Source: Terriglobia bacterium (GTDB lineage: Bacteria; Acidobacteriota; Terriglobia; JAJPHL01; JAPKYU01). Taken from it: a stretch of DNA of 64,000 nt. A program made the translations under genes and the position numbers. This document shows, in pieces, positions 40,864-51,294 of the stretch (position 1 is the stretch's first letter; every line of letters begins with the position of its first letter). The stretch spans positions 256,001 through 320,000 of the forward strand of contig CBDCVK010000010.1 of NCBI GenBank assembly GCA_965223005.1, read 5' to 3'. The notes under the pieces are model-generated. The model did not search any database. It saw only the letters and a list, made by a program, of their open reading frames with translations, and was not told the origin of the DNA.

Positions 40864-41905
40864 ATGAACTCGACTTTCATCCACAAGCTTATCGCCGCTA
40901 AAGCACTTTTACTGGCTTTCTTTCTTTTTGATATACCTTTTGTTGTTAGGGCGGAGAATCACACTCTCAAGCAGGAAGTGAAAGTGTTCATCGGAGCTCA
41001 GTTTGAGATCGGGGAAAATACTGGAGACCGTGCTGGTGAGTTCCAGCATTGGTATGAGCGCTACTGGGCAGATGCTATACCGATAGAAGTGCGTGGGGCA
41101 GACAATCCCGTCTATTGCAACAAAGACGGAGTGTGCGGTGCTGTGTTGGGAATGGGGAAAGTGCGTTCCTCTTCATCCATGACCGCTATTCTGCTTGATC
41201 CCCGTTTCGATTTGTCCGATGCCTACTTTATTATTTCAGGTGTAGGCGGAACGCCACCTCGCGTAGGGACCATTGCTGCTGTATTTTGGGCGGATTGGTT
41301 GATTGATTACGATTTGGGGCACCGTTGGGCACCTAGAGAGGGTGAGCCCGGTGCGCCCGCGTTTAGCGCCACGAAGAGGTTATGAAGAGGTACGCTTGTT
41401 AAAACTTAATGCGGATTTGGTTCAATGGGCCTATCATTTAACGAAAGATGTGCCATTGAAGGATTCCGATGACGCGAAAGCCTACCGGATGCGTTATCCG
41501 GATACCGCCGCACGACGTGCCCCTTTTGTAGGGATGGGCACTCATATGTGTGGGGACACTTTTTTTCACGGCCCGGGACTTTCCAAAGAAGCTCAATATA
41601 TATGCGACCTTTACGGGGCAAGCACCTATGTGATCACTGAAATGGAAGGCGCCGCAGTAGCTTATGTGATCAAAAAGATTCTTTCATTAGATCGGGTGAT
41701 GAGTTTGCGAACAGCGGTAAACTTTGATCAAGGCAATGCCAATGAAACCACTTTGCAGCATTTTGATCCAGAGCCAGGCAACACGCCTGGTGGCTTTGGT
41801 GTAGGAGTAGAAAATAACTGCAATGTGGGAGCGGTTATGGTGGATCATATTGTGGCCAATTGGGAGCAATGGAAGCAGAGTATCCCACCATTAGGGAAAA
41901 AATAA
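40864..41905 (+). pseudogene. Purine nucleoside permease (NUP) family protein, frameshifted at about 41360
   Basis: GEFQHWYE, DPRFDLS, DYDLGH in ORF1; GDTFFHG, TEME, LRTAVNFDQ in ORF2. Confidence 0.75.
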
Positions 41906-41929
41906 CTGTCCTTTCACACCCTTCTCGGT

Positions 41930-42112
41930 TTTCTGTGAACTAATGGATCGGGTCTGCGGCAGCAAGAAGACCACTGCCCCCAAACCCAGCATCAACAGAC
42001 CTGAGCCGAAAACCGTCCGCCAAGGCACAGGTCTCCGGAAGCCCCCCACTGCCCAAGGCAGGCCGGCCAACCCAAACAGGCCCAACAGAGAAATCAGATG
42101 CAGCACACTCAT
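41930..42112 (-). pseudogene. Truncated NupC/CNT nucleoside transporter N-terminus
   Basis: ISLLGLFGL...RRPVPWRTV resembles the CNT first helix; breaks off after about 57 aa. Confidence 0.5.
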
Positions 42113-42210
42113 AGGTCTATTAACGCATACGCCGCAGTTGGGCTACAGTGTCCTCTTCCGGAGGAATCATCCGGTTGCTGCGTCGGATGCTTCGACGGGG
42201 TCACCGGGGA

Positions 42211-42441
42211 CTAGTCGCGGCCGGCTTGGCGGAACATTTCCAGGCTCCACTCACCGGCGCTGCGAAGGTGTTTCAGGATGTAGATGTTGGAATCTTCGGC
42301 GCGAACCTTGAAGTAAGCGTGGTCGGGACCGTACCAGCGGTCCATTACTTCCTCCACCTGAAAGGTGCGCCCCTGCAGGGTAAAGCGGGTGGGCCGTTGG
42401 TCCGCCTTGTAGCCGGAATAGCTCTCCACCTTCAGCTTCAT
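42211..42441 (-). CDS. Small conserved hypothetical protein
   Basis: YSGYKADQRP, DRWYGPD, YFKV. Confidence 0.7.
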   Translation of the reverse strand: MKLKVESYSGYKADQRPTRFTLQGRTFQVEEVMDRWYGPDHAYFKVRAEDSNIYILKHLRSAGEWSLEMFRQAGRD

Positions 42442-42511
42442 GCCGCCCCTCACTTCTCATCATAACAGAAGCCTGCAGGCGGCACGATCGCTCCCGGAGC
42501 CACTTTGGTGC

Positions 42512-42817
42512 CTAGCCGTACTTCTTGACCGCTTTCTCGATGGCGGGCCCGGCCTTCTCGAGGTCCTTGGCAACCATCGCCGGGTGGAACTCGACGGCGG
42601 CATTGAACCCGATGAACCACGGCTCTGCTATGGCAGGTATCTGTGATGCGTCCTGAAGATCGACAACAAGCAGCGTCGTTCTCTTTCCATTCTCTTCGTA
42701 AAAATACGCTGCCTCGGGCTTCAGCTCTTCAAGGATTGACGGGACAGCTTTGAAACCGTCCCTTGCCGCTGCATTGCCTGCCTCCACGGGCCATGAAATC
42801 TTGATCAAGAATCGCAT
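42512..42817 (-). CDS. DUF3303/GYD-like protein
   Basis: KPEAAYF, GKRT, IPAIAEPWF; GGAGG RBS. Confidence 0.7.
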   Translation of the reverse strand: MRFLIKISWPVEAGNAAARDGFKAVPSILEELKPEAAYFYEENGKRTTLLVVDLQDASQIPAIAEPWFIGFNAAVEFHPAMVAKDLEKAGPAIEKAVKKYG

Positions 42818-42937
42818 TCATCCCTCCTCAGAACTTTCAGTTTCGCCTCTTTGGGTGCACGAGTCTATGCTCATGCGCCTCCTCAGTGCAACCACGGGCC
42901 GCAGGATCGGGCCTTTGCCTGCTCGGGAGGCATTCGC

Positions 42938-43291
42938 TCAGACCCCCGCGGGAGAACTGCCCGGAGCCGCTGCTCCGGCAGTGAGCTCCAGGACCCGCTC
43001 CATCGGCACGGTAAGATCCTCCACTTCTCCGCCTTTCTCCAGCACTTCTTTCAGGTATCGCGCGGCGATCGCGCCCGCCTCTTCGTCGGTGAGGTCGCGC
43101 CCAGCGCGCCGCTTGTACTCGGTAAAAGCCACGTGTGGCAGCGCCACCGTGATACGTTTTCCGTTCACCAGGTAGCGGACGTCCACCGTGTCACTGTGGC
43201 GCAAGGAAATGGCGGTCTGAAGAAAAATGAAGGAGCAGTGATAGCGGGTGCCGCCTACCTGGGAAACACACTCAAAGTTTCTGTATTCCAT
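42938..43291 (-). CDS. Conserved hypothetical protein
   Basis: FLQTAISLRHSDTVDV motif. Confidence 0.65.
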   Translation of the reverse strand: MEYRNFECVSQVGGTRYHCSFIFLQTAISLRHSDTVDVRYLVNGKRITVALPHVAFTEYKRRAGRDLTDEEAGAIAARYLKEVLEKGGEVEDLTVPMERVLELTAGAAAPGSSPAGV

Positions 43292-43433
43292 CGTATGGCC
43301 TCTCGCCTCGCCGGGCCGTCCTGTCGCTCTCCCGTGCGTGCGCGGTGGTGAAGCAAGCGGACCCGGCCCATCGGATTCGAAGAATGCGTTCATGGTATAG
43401 TACAGATTTCCTGACCAGGAAGAGCCTTCGATT

Positions 43434-45311
43434 GTGCAGACCCGCCGGAAGGGCAGCAAAGGGCAGTCTTTGAGCAAGCGTAAGGAGAAAACCCGTGCCA
43501 GTCTCCGCGTAGCGGCTCGACGGGTTGGCCGGGTTGCCAAAACCACCGACCGCTATGTGGAGACCGTTTCCCGCGCCATCGAGAAGCTGGCTGGCACCGC
43601 CGACCCGGCAGTCCTGGTGACGGAACTGGCGCAAGCGTCGATAGACCACTTTGACGCGGTACTGGCCGAGGTGTGGGTCCCTGGCTTGCCTCACAAGGCG
43701 CCTCACGACGGCCCAGATAACGGCCCAGATAACCGATGGATTCGTCAAACCGTGCGGGCCCGCCGTGGCAAACCGCCGGAGCCCGACCCGATCCTGAGCC
43801 AACACTACGCGACTCTGGCCGGGCCCCAGGCCAGCCCACTGAAACGAGCCGGTAAGCAATTCCTGGCCTGGGCCCGCCGCAACGGCGCCAAATACGTGCT
43901 GGCCCAGCCGTTGCAGGTGAGCAATCGGCCTGCTGGATTGCTGGCCATATATTGCCGTAAGCAGCCACCTCCGGAAGCGCCGGGCTGGGCACAGGTTTAC
44001 GCAGCCATGACGGGCGCCACTCTGGACAGCGCGCGCGCCCTGAGCGAAAGCCGAAAGGCCATCACCCAACTCCAGTTTCTGGTGGAAGCCAGCCAGGTGC
44101 TGAATTCCACCTTGAATCTGGGCGATTTGCTGGACCTGATTCTGAACCTGGCCTGCAAGGAGACCAACGCCGACCGAGGCAGCGTTTTTCTGGTCGATCA
44201 GGATCGGAGGGAAGTCTGGACCATTGTAGCCCACGGCCTGGAGGAGCAGGAAATCCGGCTGGCCTTTGGACAGGGAGTGGCTGGCTATGTCGCCCAAACC
44301 GGCCAGACGCTGAACGTCGACGATGTGTACACCAGTCCCCATTTTGATCCCAGCTTCGACGAGAGGTTCCACTACCGAACCCAGAACCTGCTCTGCGCTC
44401 CCATTCGCAACCGCACCGGGGAGATTGTCGGTATCCTGCAATTGCTGAACAAAAGGGAAGGCCGCTTCGCCCGCGAAGACGAGGAATTTCTGAACACTCT
44501 TTCGGTGCACATGGCGCTGGCGCTGGAAAACGCCCGGCTGCACCGGGAGCTGCTGGAGAAGCAATGGCTGGAGCGGGAGCTGGCCCTGGCCCGCCGCATC
44601 CAGCGGGGCCTGCTTCCCGACGCACCGCCTGTGGTTCCCGGCTTCGACATCGCCGTGCTCAATGAACCCAGTCACGAAGTGGGTGGCGACTATTACGACT
44701 TCTTGACCCTGGGGCCTAACACGGTGCTGGTCGTGATAGCCGACGTGGAAGGCAAGGGTGTCACCTCGGCTCTGACCATGTCCAACCTGCAGGCCACCTT
44801 ACGAGCACTGGTGATGCACCTGCACTCGCTGGAAGTCATCACTCTCTCGCTGAATGAGATGATTCTGGCCGGCACCCACGCCGAGAAGTTTCTGAGTATC
44901 TTCCTGGGCCTGGTGGACACGCGCAGGACAGGCCTGCACTACATCAACGCGGGCCACATTCCGCCCATCGTGGTGCGCGCCAATGGGGAAGTATTGAAGT
45001 TGGAAGAGGGGGGGACGTTGATTGGTCTGTTCGATGCCGCCGAATACAAGCGGGCCTCGTTGAAGCTCCTGCCCGGCGACGTCCTGCTGTGCTGCACGGA
45101 CGGCATCACCAAGGCCCAGAACGCCGAGAAGGAAGAATTTGGTCTAGAACGGCTGGTGGAAGTGGCGCGGGCGCACCGCCACCTTTCCGCCCAGCAGATA
45201 GTGGACAAGGTGGCCCGTCAGGTCTCCTCCTTTGCCGGCGCCAGTACCCACTCGGACGACAAGGTCTTGATGGTGCTGAAACTGCTGAAAGACTCTAGTC
45301 CAGCGCCGTAG
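43434..45311 (+). CDS. GAF-domain SpoIIE/RsbU-type PP2C phosphatase
   Basis: GAF (GVAGYVA, LNKREG), VGGDYYD, ADVEGKG, NAGH, TDGIT, DD. Confidence 0.9.
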   Translation: MQTRRKGSKGQSLSKRKEKTRASLRVAARRVGRVAKTTDRYVETVSRAIEKLAGTADPAVLVTELAQASIDHFDAVLAEVWVPGLPHKAPHDGPDNGPDNRWIRQTVRARRGKPPEPDPILSQHYATLAGPQASPLKRAGKQFLAWARRNGAKYVLAQPLQVSNRPAGLLAIYCRKQPPPEAPGWAQVYAAMTGATLDSARALSESRKAITQLQFLVEASQVLNSTLNLGDLLDLILNLACKETNADRGSVFLVDQDRREVWTIVAHGLEEQEIRLAFGQGVAGYVAQTGQTLNVDDVYTSPHFDPSFDERFHYRTQNLLCAPIRNRTGEIVGILQLLNKREGRFAREDEEFLNTLSVHMALALENARLHRELLEKQWLERELALARRIQRGLLPDAPPVVPGFDIAVLNEPSHEVGGDYYDFLTLGPNTVLVVIADVEGKGVTSALTMSNLQATLRALVMHLHSLEVITLSLNEMILAGTHAEKFLSIFLGLVDTRRTGLHYINAGHIPPIVVRANGEVLKLEEGGTLIGLFDAAEYKRASLKLLPGDVLLCCTDGITKAQNAEKEEFGLERLVEVARAHRHLSAQQIVDKVARQVSSFAGASTHSDDKVLMVLKLLKDSSPAP

Positions 45312-45420
45312 CTACCCTCCCAAGTGTCATCAGCCAGCGATGCTTGCAGGGCGCGGGAGAGAAGCCAGACTCAACCAGTCCCGGCTGGCGCCGACGTGAC
45401 ACCGCACCGAGACAGCAGGA

Positions 45421-46608
45421 TTATCCTCTCACCGGTGCCTGCGCCAGCAGATGCTGGGCAGCAGCCACCCCTCGGCCGCCGGCGGTGAGGAATCCCTCTT
45501 CGTGCAGCAAGGTCTCCAGGGCACCCAGCAGCAGCAGGACATTCGACTCGCTGGAGGAACTACCCATCAGGCCGATGCGCCAGAGCCGCCCGCGGAAGCG
45601 GCCCAGTCCGCCGGCAATCTCAATGTTGTAGCGGCCCAGCAGTCGGGAGCGGATGCCCGCCTCGTCAAGCCCGTCCGGCACATGCACAGCGGCCAGTGTG
45701 GGCATGCGATGCTCGGCAGCGGGCAGCGCACGCAAGCCGAGAGCCTCCAGACCCCCCAACAGCGCTTCCATGTTTCGCTCGTGCCGTCTCCAACGCTCCT
45801 CCAGGCCTTCCTCTTCCACGAGCCGGAGCGCCTCGTCCAGAGCGTAGATCATGGAGATCGGCGCGGTGTGGTGGTAGGTGCGTTCGGCGCCCCAGTACTT
45901 TTGCACCATCGAGAGGTCCAGATACCAGCTCTGCACTTTGGTCTTGCGCCGTTGCAGCAGATCATTAGCCCGCGGGGAAAGAGTAATGGGAGCCAGGCCG
46001 GGTGGGCAGCTCAAGCACTTTTGCGAGCCGCTGTAGCACACATCAATTTCAGTGCCGTCAACCTCCACCGGCGCCCCGCCCAACGTGGCCACCGTATCCA
46101 CCACGAACAGAGTTCCGAACTGTCGGGCCAGACTCGCCAGGGGCTCCAATGGCTGGAGCACGCCCGTGGATGTCTCCCCATGCACAACGGCCAGCAGCTT
46201 CACTGGCCCAGAAGCCGACCGCAAGACCGCTTCCACGCGCGCCGGATCGGTGGCCGTCCCCCACTCCGTTTCCACGCGCAGCAGGCGCGCTCCGGTGCGC
46301 TCGGCGATGTCGCACATGCGCTCAGCAAACACTCCACCCGCGCAGATCACCACCGTGTCTGCTGGCTCAATGAAATTCACCAGTGCCGCTTCCATGCCCG
46401 CGCTGCCGGTTCCGGAAACCGGGATGGTCAACGGATTCGAGGTACGGAAGATACGTCGCAGCTTCTCCTGGACGTCGTCCATGATCTCCAGGAATTCCGG
46501 ATCCAGATGGCCAACGATGGGCGTGGTCAGCGCCCGGTATACCCGGTAGTCCACATTACTCGGTCCGGGGCCCATCAAAATTCTGTGCGGAGGTTCGAGC
46601 GTCTTCAT
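45421..46608 (-). CDS. Alanine-glyoxylate/serine-pyruvate aminotransferase (class V)
   Basis: MGPGPS, HGETSTG, SGSQKCLSCPPG, YHHTAP, WRIGLMG. Confidence 0.92.
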   Translation of the reverse strand: MKTLEPPHRILMGPGPSNVDYRVYRALTTPIVGHLDPEFLEIMDDVQEKLRRIFRTSNPLTIPVSGTGSAGMEAALVNFIEPADTVVICAGGVFAERMCDIAERTGARLLRVETEWGTATDPARVEAVLRSASGPVKLLAVVHGETSTGVLQPLEPLASLARQFGTLFVVDTVATLGGAPVEVDGTEIDVCYSGSQKCLSCPPGLAPITLSPRANDLLQRRKTKVQSWYLDLSMVQKYWGAERTYHHTAPISMIYALDEALRLVEEEGLEERWRRHERNMEALLGGLEALGLRALPAAEHRMPTLAAVHVPDGLDEAGIRSRLLGRYNIEIAGGLGRFRGRLWRIGLMGSSSSESNVLLLLGALETLLHEEGFLTAGGRGVAAAQHLLAQAPVRG

Positions 46609-46865
46609 GATTCAGTAATGATCCTCAGTTGAGCTCCCGGGCCGAGCAGCTTGTGCCCTCGGAGCCAGTCTTCAAACTTTTGGTGCAGGAAGTCCAGATC
46701 CACGTTGAAACCCGCTTCCAGCCTGCCTTCCGCTGTCGGCAGCGTGTCCTCCAGGGCGCTCAGCCCGGTGAAGTGGCGCATGAAGAAGCGGTCCAGCCAC
46801 TCCAGCGGGCAAAGGCGGACGCCTGCATCTTCTTTAATTTCGATCCGGAGCCGCCGTGCAAACAT
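46605..46865 (-). CDS. Small conserved hypothetical protein
   Basis: CPLEWLDRFFMR; ATGA overlap with the aminotransferase start. Confidence 0.6.
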   Translation of the reverse strand: MFARRLRIEIKEDAGVRLCPLEWLDRFFMRHFTGLSALEDTLPTAEGRLEAGFNVDLDFLHQKFEDWLRGHKLLGPGAQLRIITES

Positions 46866-46969
46866 GACTGTCCCCGAGAGTATAGCAAACCGGATACCGT
46901 AGTGCGGTTTCTCCGCGATGTGGTACCATGCTCGGTTTAACCGACAGCAACGGGGGCGGCTCGACAAGG

Positions 46970-48580
46970 ATGAAAGAAACTCAAGCTTCAAAAGCAGCAG
47001 ACAGACTGGCCGAGCACGGCATTCTCCATCCCGGGCCAGTCCATTGGAATCTCCCTCCAGCCACGTTGGTGGAGCATGTGCTGGCACGTGGCGAGGGGCT
47101 ACTGGCCGACAACGGCGCGCTCGTGGCGCGCACGGGCCGCTATACCGGGCGCACTCCACGCGACAAATACGTGGTGCGCGATCCGTCCACCGAATCCCAT
47201 GTCGTCTGGGGTAACGTCAACCGACCCGTGGCTCCGGAGGTGTTTGACCGGCTGCACGCCCGAGTGCTGGCCTATCTGCAAGGGCGTGAACTGTTCGTGC
47301 AGGATTGCATGGGCGGCGCCGATCCCGACTACAGCCTTCCCCTGCGCGTCATCAACGAGCGGGCCTGGCACAACCTGTTCGCCCGGCAGTTGTTGTTGCC
47401 CATCTCCCCGGAGCAACAGGATACACACCGGCCGCAGTTCACTCTCCTTGCAGCTCCTGGATTCCAGGCCAACCCGGAACTGGATGGCACGGTCGCCGAG
47501 CCCTTCATCATGCTGAATTTTGCCCGCGGGCTGGTGCTGATCGGTGGCACCGAGTACGCCGGTGAGATGAAAAAGTCGGTCTTCACCATCCTGAATTACT
47601 TGCTGCCCTCTCGCGGCGTGCTTCCCATGCATTGCTCGGCCAATGTGGCCGCTGACGGCGAGGTGGCGTTGTTTTTCGGCCTTTCCGGGACCGGAAAGAC
47701 CACCCTTTCGGCCGACCCCGGCCGTCGTCTGGTCGGCGACGACGAGCATGGCTGGAGCGAGCGTGGCATCTTCAACTTCGAGGGCGGCTGCTATGCCAAG
47801 TGCATCCGGCTTTCTCAGGAGCACGAGCCGCAGATCTGGAACGCCATCCGTTTTGGCTCGGTGGTAGAAAACGTCGTGGTTGATGCAGAACGCCGCCTGA
47901 ACTACGACGATGACTCCATCACCGAAAACACTCGCGCCGCCTACCCCGTCGAGTTCATCCACAACGCTATGATCCCCGGTGTTGCCGGACATCCGCGCCA
48001 TGTCCTGTTTCTGACGGCCGACGCCTTCGGGGTCCTGCCGCCGGTCGCCCGCCTTACTCCCCAGCAAGCCATGTACCATTTCCTCTCCGGTTATACGGCC
48101 AAGGTCGCAGGAACCGAAGCGGGGATGGGCAGCGAGCCGCAGGCCACCTTCAGCACCTGTTTTGGCTCCCCGTTTCTGCCCCTGCGCCCTTCGGTCTACG
48201 CCAACATGCTCGGTGAAAAGATAGAGAAACACCGGGCCCAGGTGTGGCTGGTGAACACCGGCTGGACCGGCGGGCCGTCGGGCGTCGGCCAACGCATGCA
48301 CTTGCCTTACACGCGAGCTATCGTGGCAGCGGTGCTGGAAGGCGCTCTGGACAAAGGAAAATTCGACATTGAACCCGCCTTCGGCTTGGAGCTTCCCCGC
48401 ACCTGCCCCGGCGTTCCCCCTGAGCTGCTGAACCCACGGAATACCTGGAAAGACAAGACCGCCTACGATGCCAAGGCACGCGAGCTGGCCGGCCTCTTCT
48501 TGAAGAACTTCCAGCGGTTTTCCGATGCTCCGGCCGCGGTTCGCGAAGCCGGACCCCGCCTGGAAGTCGGCGTCCGCTAG
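46970..48580 (+). CDS. pckA: PEP carboxykinase (ATP)
   Basis: [37 protein letters not shown]. Confidence 0.96.
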   Translation: MKETQASKAADRLAEHGILHPGPVHWNLPPATLVEHVLARGEGLLADNGALVARTGRYTGRTPRDKYVVRDPSTESHVVWGNVNRPVAPEVFDRLHARVLAYLQGRELFVQDCMGGADPDYSLPLRVINERAWHNLFARQLLLPISPEQQDTHRPQFTLLAAPGFQANPELDGTVAEPFIMLNFARGLVLIGGTEYAGEMKKSVFTILNYLLPSRGVLPMHCSANVAADGEVALFFGLSGTGKTTLSADPGRRLVGDDEHGWSERGIFNFEGGCYAKCIRLSQEHEPQIWNAIRFGSVVENVVVDAERRLNYDDDSITENTRAAYPVEFIHNAMIPGVAGHPRHVLFLTADAFGVLPPVARLTPQQAMYHFLSGYTAKVAGTEAGMGSEPQATFSTCFGSPFLPLRPSVYANMLGEKIEKHRAQVWLVNTGWTGGPSGVGQRMHLPYTRAIVAAVLEGALDKGKFDIEPAFGLELPRTCPGVPPELLNPRNTWKDKTAYDAKARELAGLFLKNFQRFSDAPAAVREAGPRLEVGVR

Positions 48581-48598
48581 GGGCGTCCGCTGTGGGCC

Positions 48599-48621
48599 GT
48601 AGCGGCAGGCTTCAGCCTGCC
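48599..48621 (+). repeat. REP-like element
   Basis: GTAG foot plus GGCAGGCT-TC-AGCCTGCC hairpin; near-identical to 51201-51223. Confidence 0.7.
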
Positions 48622-48684
48622 AGGACCGCGACCCAAATGCGTATTACATTAATGGTTTCGCGAATTATGCAACAACGTCAGGTC

Positions 48685-49863
48685 ATGACCATCCGGATTC
48701 TGAGCGTAACCGTCGTCTTCACCACCCTCTTGATTTCCTGCGCCTGCTCCTCGCCGGAGAGCAGTCCCGAGGCCGAGGTCGGGGGCAAGTCCCACCCGAA
48801 ATGGGTGCGGCACGTCATTGCTGAGGGTTATGTCAACTTGACGGCGGTGGCGGCCGACTTCAGCGGCGACGGCCTGCCTGATGTCATCGTCAGCGCCGAG
48901 GCCAAGACGCGGCTGTACGTAGCTCCAGGCTGGCAGGAAGTTGTCCTGACGGACGGCAACCCGCCCCAAAGCGCCATCCACAGCGAGGTGATGGACGTGG
49001 ATGAGGACGGCGATCCTGACTACATTGGCGCGGTGTACAGCCCCGGGCCGGTATTCTGGTTGGAGCGACCGGAGAACCCGTTGAGCGATCCCTGGCCCTA
49101 TCGCGTGGTCGATGATGAGATCGACGGCACCCACGGTCTGATCGTCGGTGACATCGATGGGGATGGCAGAGGCGATCTGGTGGCCAACAGCGCGCAACCC
49201 AAGGGCCCGTTTCCGGAATCACTGGCCTGGTATGAGGTGCCGTCGAATCCTCGAAAGGCGGAGCGGTGGATCCGACATGTCTTTGCGGATCGCGACGCGC
49301 CCGGGCTCAGCCACTATATGGGCGTCGGCGACGTCAACGGTGATGGGAAAACCGATGTGGCCTCGGCGGCGAAGGTTCCCGAAGGGGGCAATTGGTTCGC
49401 TTGGTGGGAGCAGCCGGCCGACGGCAGCACGCCTTGGCCAAAGCATGTGCTAGCCGAACAGCAGGAAGGCGCCACGAACATCCTAATGGCTGAGATCAAC
49501 GGCGACGGTCGAACGGATTTCGTTGCCACCCGCGGTCATGGCAAGGGTGTGCTGTGGTTCGAAGCACCTTCCTACGCGATGCACGAGATCAACTCCGATC
49601 TCGAGGGGCCGCACAGTCTGGCGGTGGGCGACATCGACGGCGACGGCGATACGGATGCGGTCACCTGCGCGAGGGACAGCTTCATCGCCGCCTGGTTCGA
49701 GAATGATGGCAAAGGCGGTTTCCTTACTCACAACATTCACGAGGATCAGGCGGCCTATGACATTCGGCTCGTGGATATGGACAACGACGGCGACCTCGAT
49801 GTCTTGATCGCGGGCCAGAAGAGCAAGAACGTCGTCTGGTACGAGAATCGCCTGGCGGGTTAG
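48685..49863 (+). CDS. FG-GAP/VCBS repeat beta-propeller, probable lipoprotein
   Basis: Repeated DxxGDG loops, WYEN; LISC lipobox-like. Confidence 0.85.
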   Translation: MTIRILSVTVVFTTLLISCACSSPESSPEAEVGGKSHPKWVRHVIAEGYVNLTAVAADFSGDGLPDVIVSAEAKTRLYVAPGWQEVVLTDGNPPQSAIHSEVMDVDEDGDPDYIGAVYSPGPVFWLERPENPLSDPWPYRVVDDEIDGTHGLIVGDIDGDGRGDLVANSAQPKGPFPESLAWYEVPSNPRKAERWIRHVFADRDAPGLSHYMGVGDVNGDGKTDVASAAKVPEGGNWFAWWEQPADGSTPWPKHVLAEQQEGATNILMAEINGDGRTDFVATRGHGKGVLWFEAPSYAMHEINSDLEGPHSLAVGDIDGDGDTDAVTCARDSFIAAWFENDGKGGFLTHNIHEDQAAYDIRLVDMDNDGDLDVLIAGQKSKNVVWYENRLAG

Positions 49864-49956
49864 AGAAAACGACGCCGGACTTGATTGAGGCGTTTTATGG
49901 ATTAAGTGAACAATTAGAACCACGCTGCGCTTGCGGTTTTCCGCCATAAAACCCTA

Positions 49957-50483
49957 CTAGTGGCCAGCCAATCGTCGGAACTTCTGGGCCATTTGCTCGC
50001 ATCTTTGAGCAATCTGCTCATTGCTCCACCCTGAGATCGTGGTAACCAGGCCGTCCAACTGGTGAGGTCCGGCTCGTCAACTCCGGCTTTGCCGCGCTCA
50101 CCTTACCGCTGAGCAGGTAGACGGGCCCGGAATGTCGTTCCATCCATGCTCCCTTTGAGCAATCTGCTCATTGCTCCACCCTGAGAAGTCAAACTCCGGC
50201 TTTGCCGCGCTCACCTTAATTCCCACCGCAACCCTAGTGTCCTTCAGGCGGGGCAAGTGAAGTTCCTGAGTGTCCTGGTTCAACTCACCCAACAGCCGTG
50301 CCTCAAGCTCCAGCAACTTTTCCGCCATTACTTCTTTATGGAGCTTCAGACATAAGACACCTCCTCGTTACGTCATTAGGAACTGGTTGGCATTATCAGG
50401 TCAAACTCCGGCTTTGCCGCGCTCACCTTAATTCCCACCGCAACCCTAGTGTCCTGGTTCAACTCACCCAACAGCCGTGCCTC
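49957..50483. repeat. Mosaic of short repeated segments (probable misassembly)
   Basis: 34-mer at 50003 and 50153; 27-mer at 50079, 50192 and 50404; pieces of the DUF1772 gene and of the IS. Confidence 0.8.
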
Positions 50484-50531
50484 GCGTTTCAGATGTGATA
50501 ATGAAAATTTCACTCCTGTTACATCCTGCCC

Positions 50532-51014
50532 TCAATGCAAGAGCGCGATGGTAAGTAATACCTCCGCCGCCAGCGCTGCTGCTGTCCGCACGTGGTTCCA
50601 GGCCGTCCAACTGGTGAGGTAGCTCGCCCACAGCCTGGCGCCATTGGCACTGGCCGGGTCCACGGCCGCCAGCACATTGTTTCGCGGTACATTGAATACT
50701 ATCGTCACCAGGATGGTGCCGATGAGATAGGCTAGACCACCGCTGAGCAGGTAGACGGCCCCGGCTTCGTTCCATCTCAACAGTGAGGAGACCGCGACCA
50801 AGACGCAAGCTGCGGCGGTCCCCAGGAAAGCCGCCATGAACCATGGATTGATCACCGTGATGTTGATGGACTGCATGGCGGCAATGCCCTGCGCCGACGG
50901 GACACGGGCCAGAGCCTTCATCACGAAGGTAGAGAAAGCAAAGAAGATTCCGGCCACCAGCCCGCAGCCCAGCGCCGAGAAAAGGGTCAAGGCGAAGAGC
51001 AAGTGGTCGATCAT
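50532..51014 (-). CDS. DUF1772 / anthrone oxygenase family membrane protein
   Basis: GIFFAFSTFVMKAL, AMQSIN, NVPRN, WTAWNHVR. Confidence 0.88.
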   Translation of the reverse strand: MIDHLLFALTLFSALGCGLVAGIFFAFSTFVMKALARVPSAQGIAAMQSINITVINPWFMAAFLGTAAACVLVAVSSLLRWNEAGAVYLLSGGLAYLIGTILVTIVFNVPRNNVLAAVDPASANGARLWASYLTSWTAWNHVRTAAALAAEVLLTIALLH

Positions 51015-51200
51015 CTGGAGACTCCTCCCCAGACGCCGCTGCCGCCTAGGACGAGGGTTATATTCTGGTACGTTTTCATATCAACCTCCTCGGTTGAGCT
51101 AGGCTAAGCTATACGAAAGTTCCTTGATGTAACATCCAATCTGACACACGGGTCATGGACTACCTAGAAGTCAGCGTCGGCTAGGGGCAGCCACTGTGGT

Positions 51201-51255
51201 GTAGCGGCAAGCTTCAGCCTGCCAAGCCCCATGGCGGCCTAAAGGCCGCCGCTAT
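51201..51255. repeat. Inverted REP doublet (REPIN/BIME-like)
   Basis: GTAGCGGCAAGCTTCAGCCTGCC followed by inverted GGCGGCCTAAAGGCCGCCGCTAT. Confidence 0.7.
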
Positions 51256-51294
51256 GACAGCTCCTGGGGATTCAAAGCAGCCCCCTACTTCTAG

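Noticed and set aside
43688-43736. 12-bp coding repeats (PHKA-PHDG-PDNG-PDNR); also the 18-bp repeat at the queG N-terminus
   Set aside because: Short in-frame slippage in loops with no wider pattern
49990-50483. CRISPR array or DGR template
   Set aside because: Irregular spacing, intervening pieces copy neighbouring genes, no cas or reverse transcriptase
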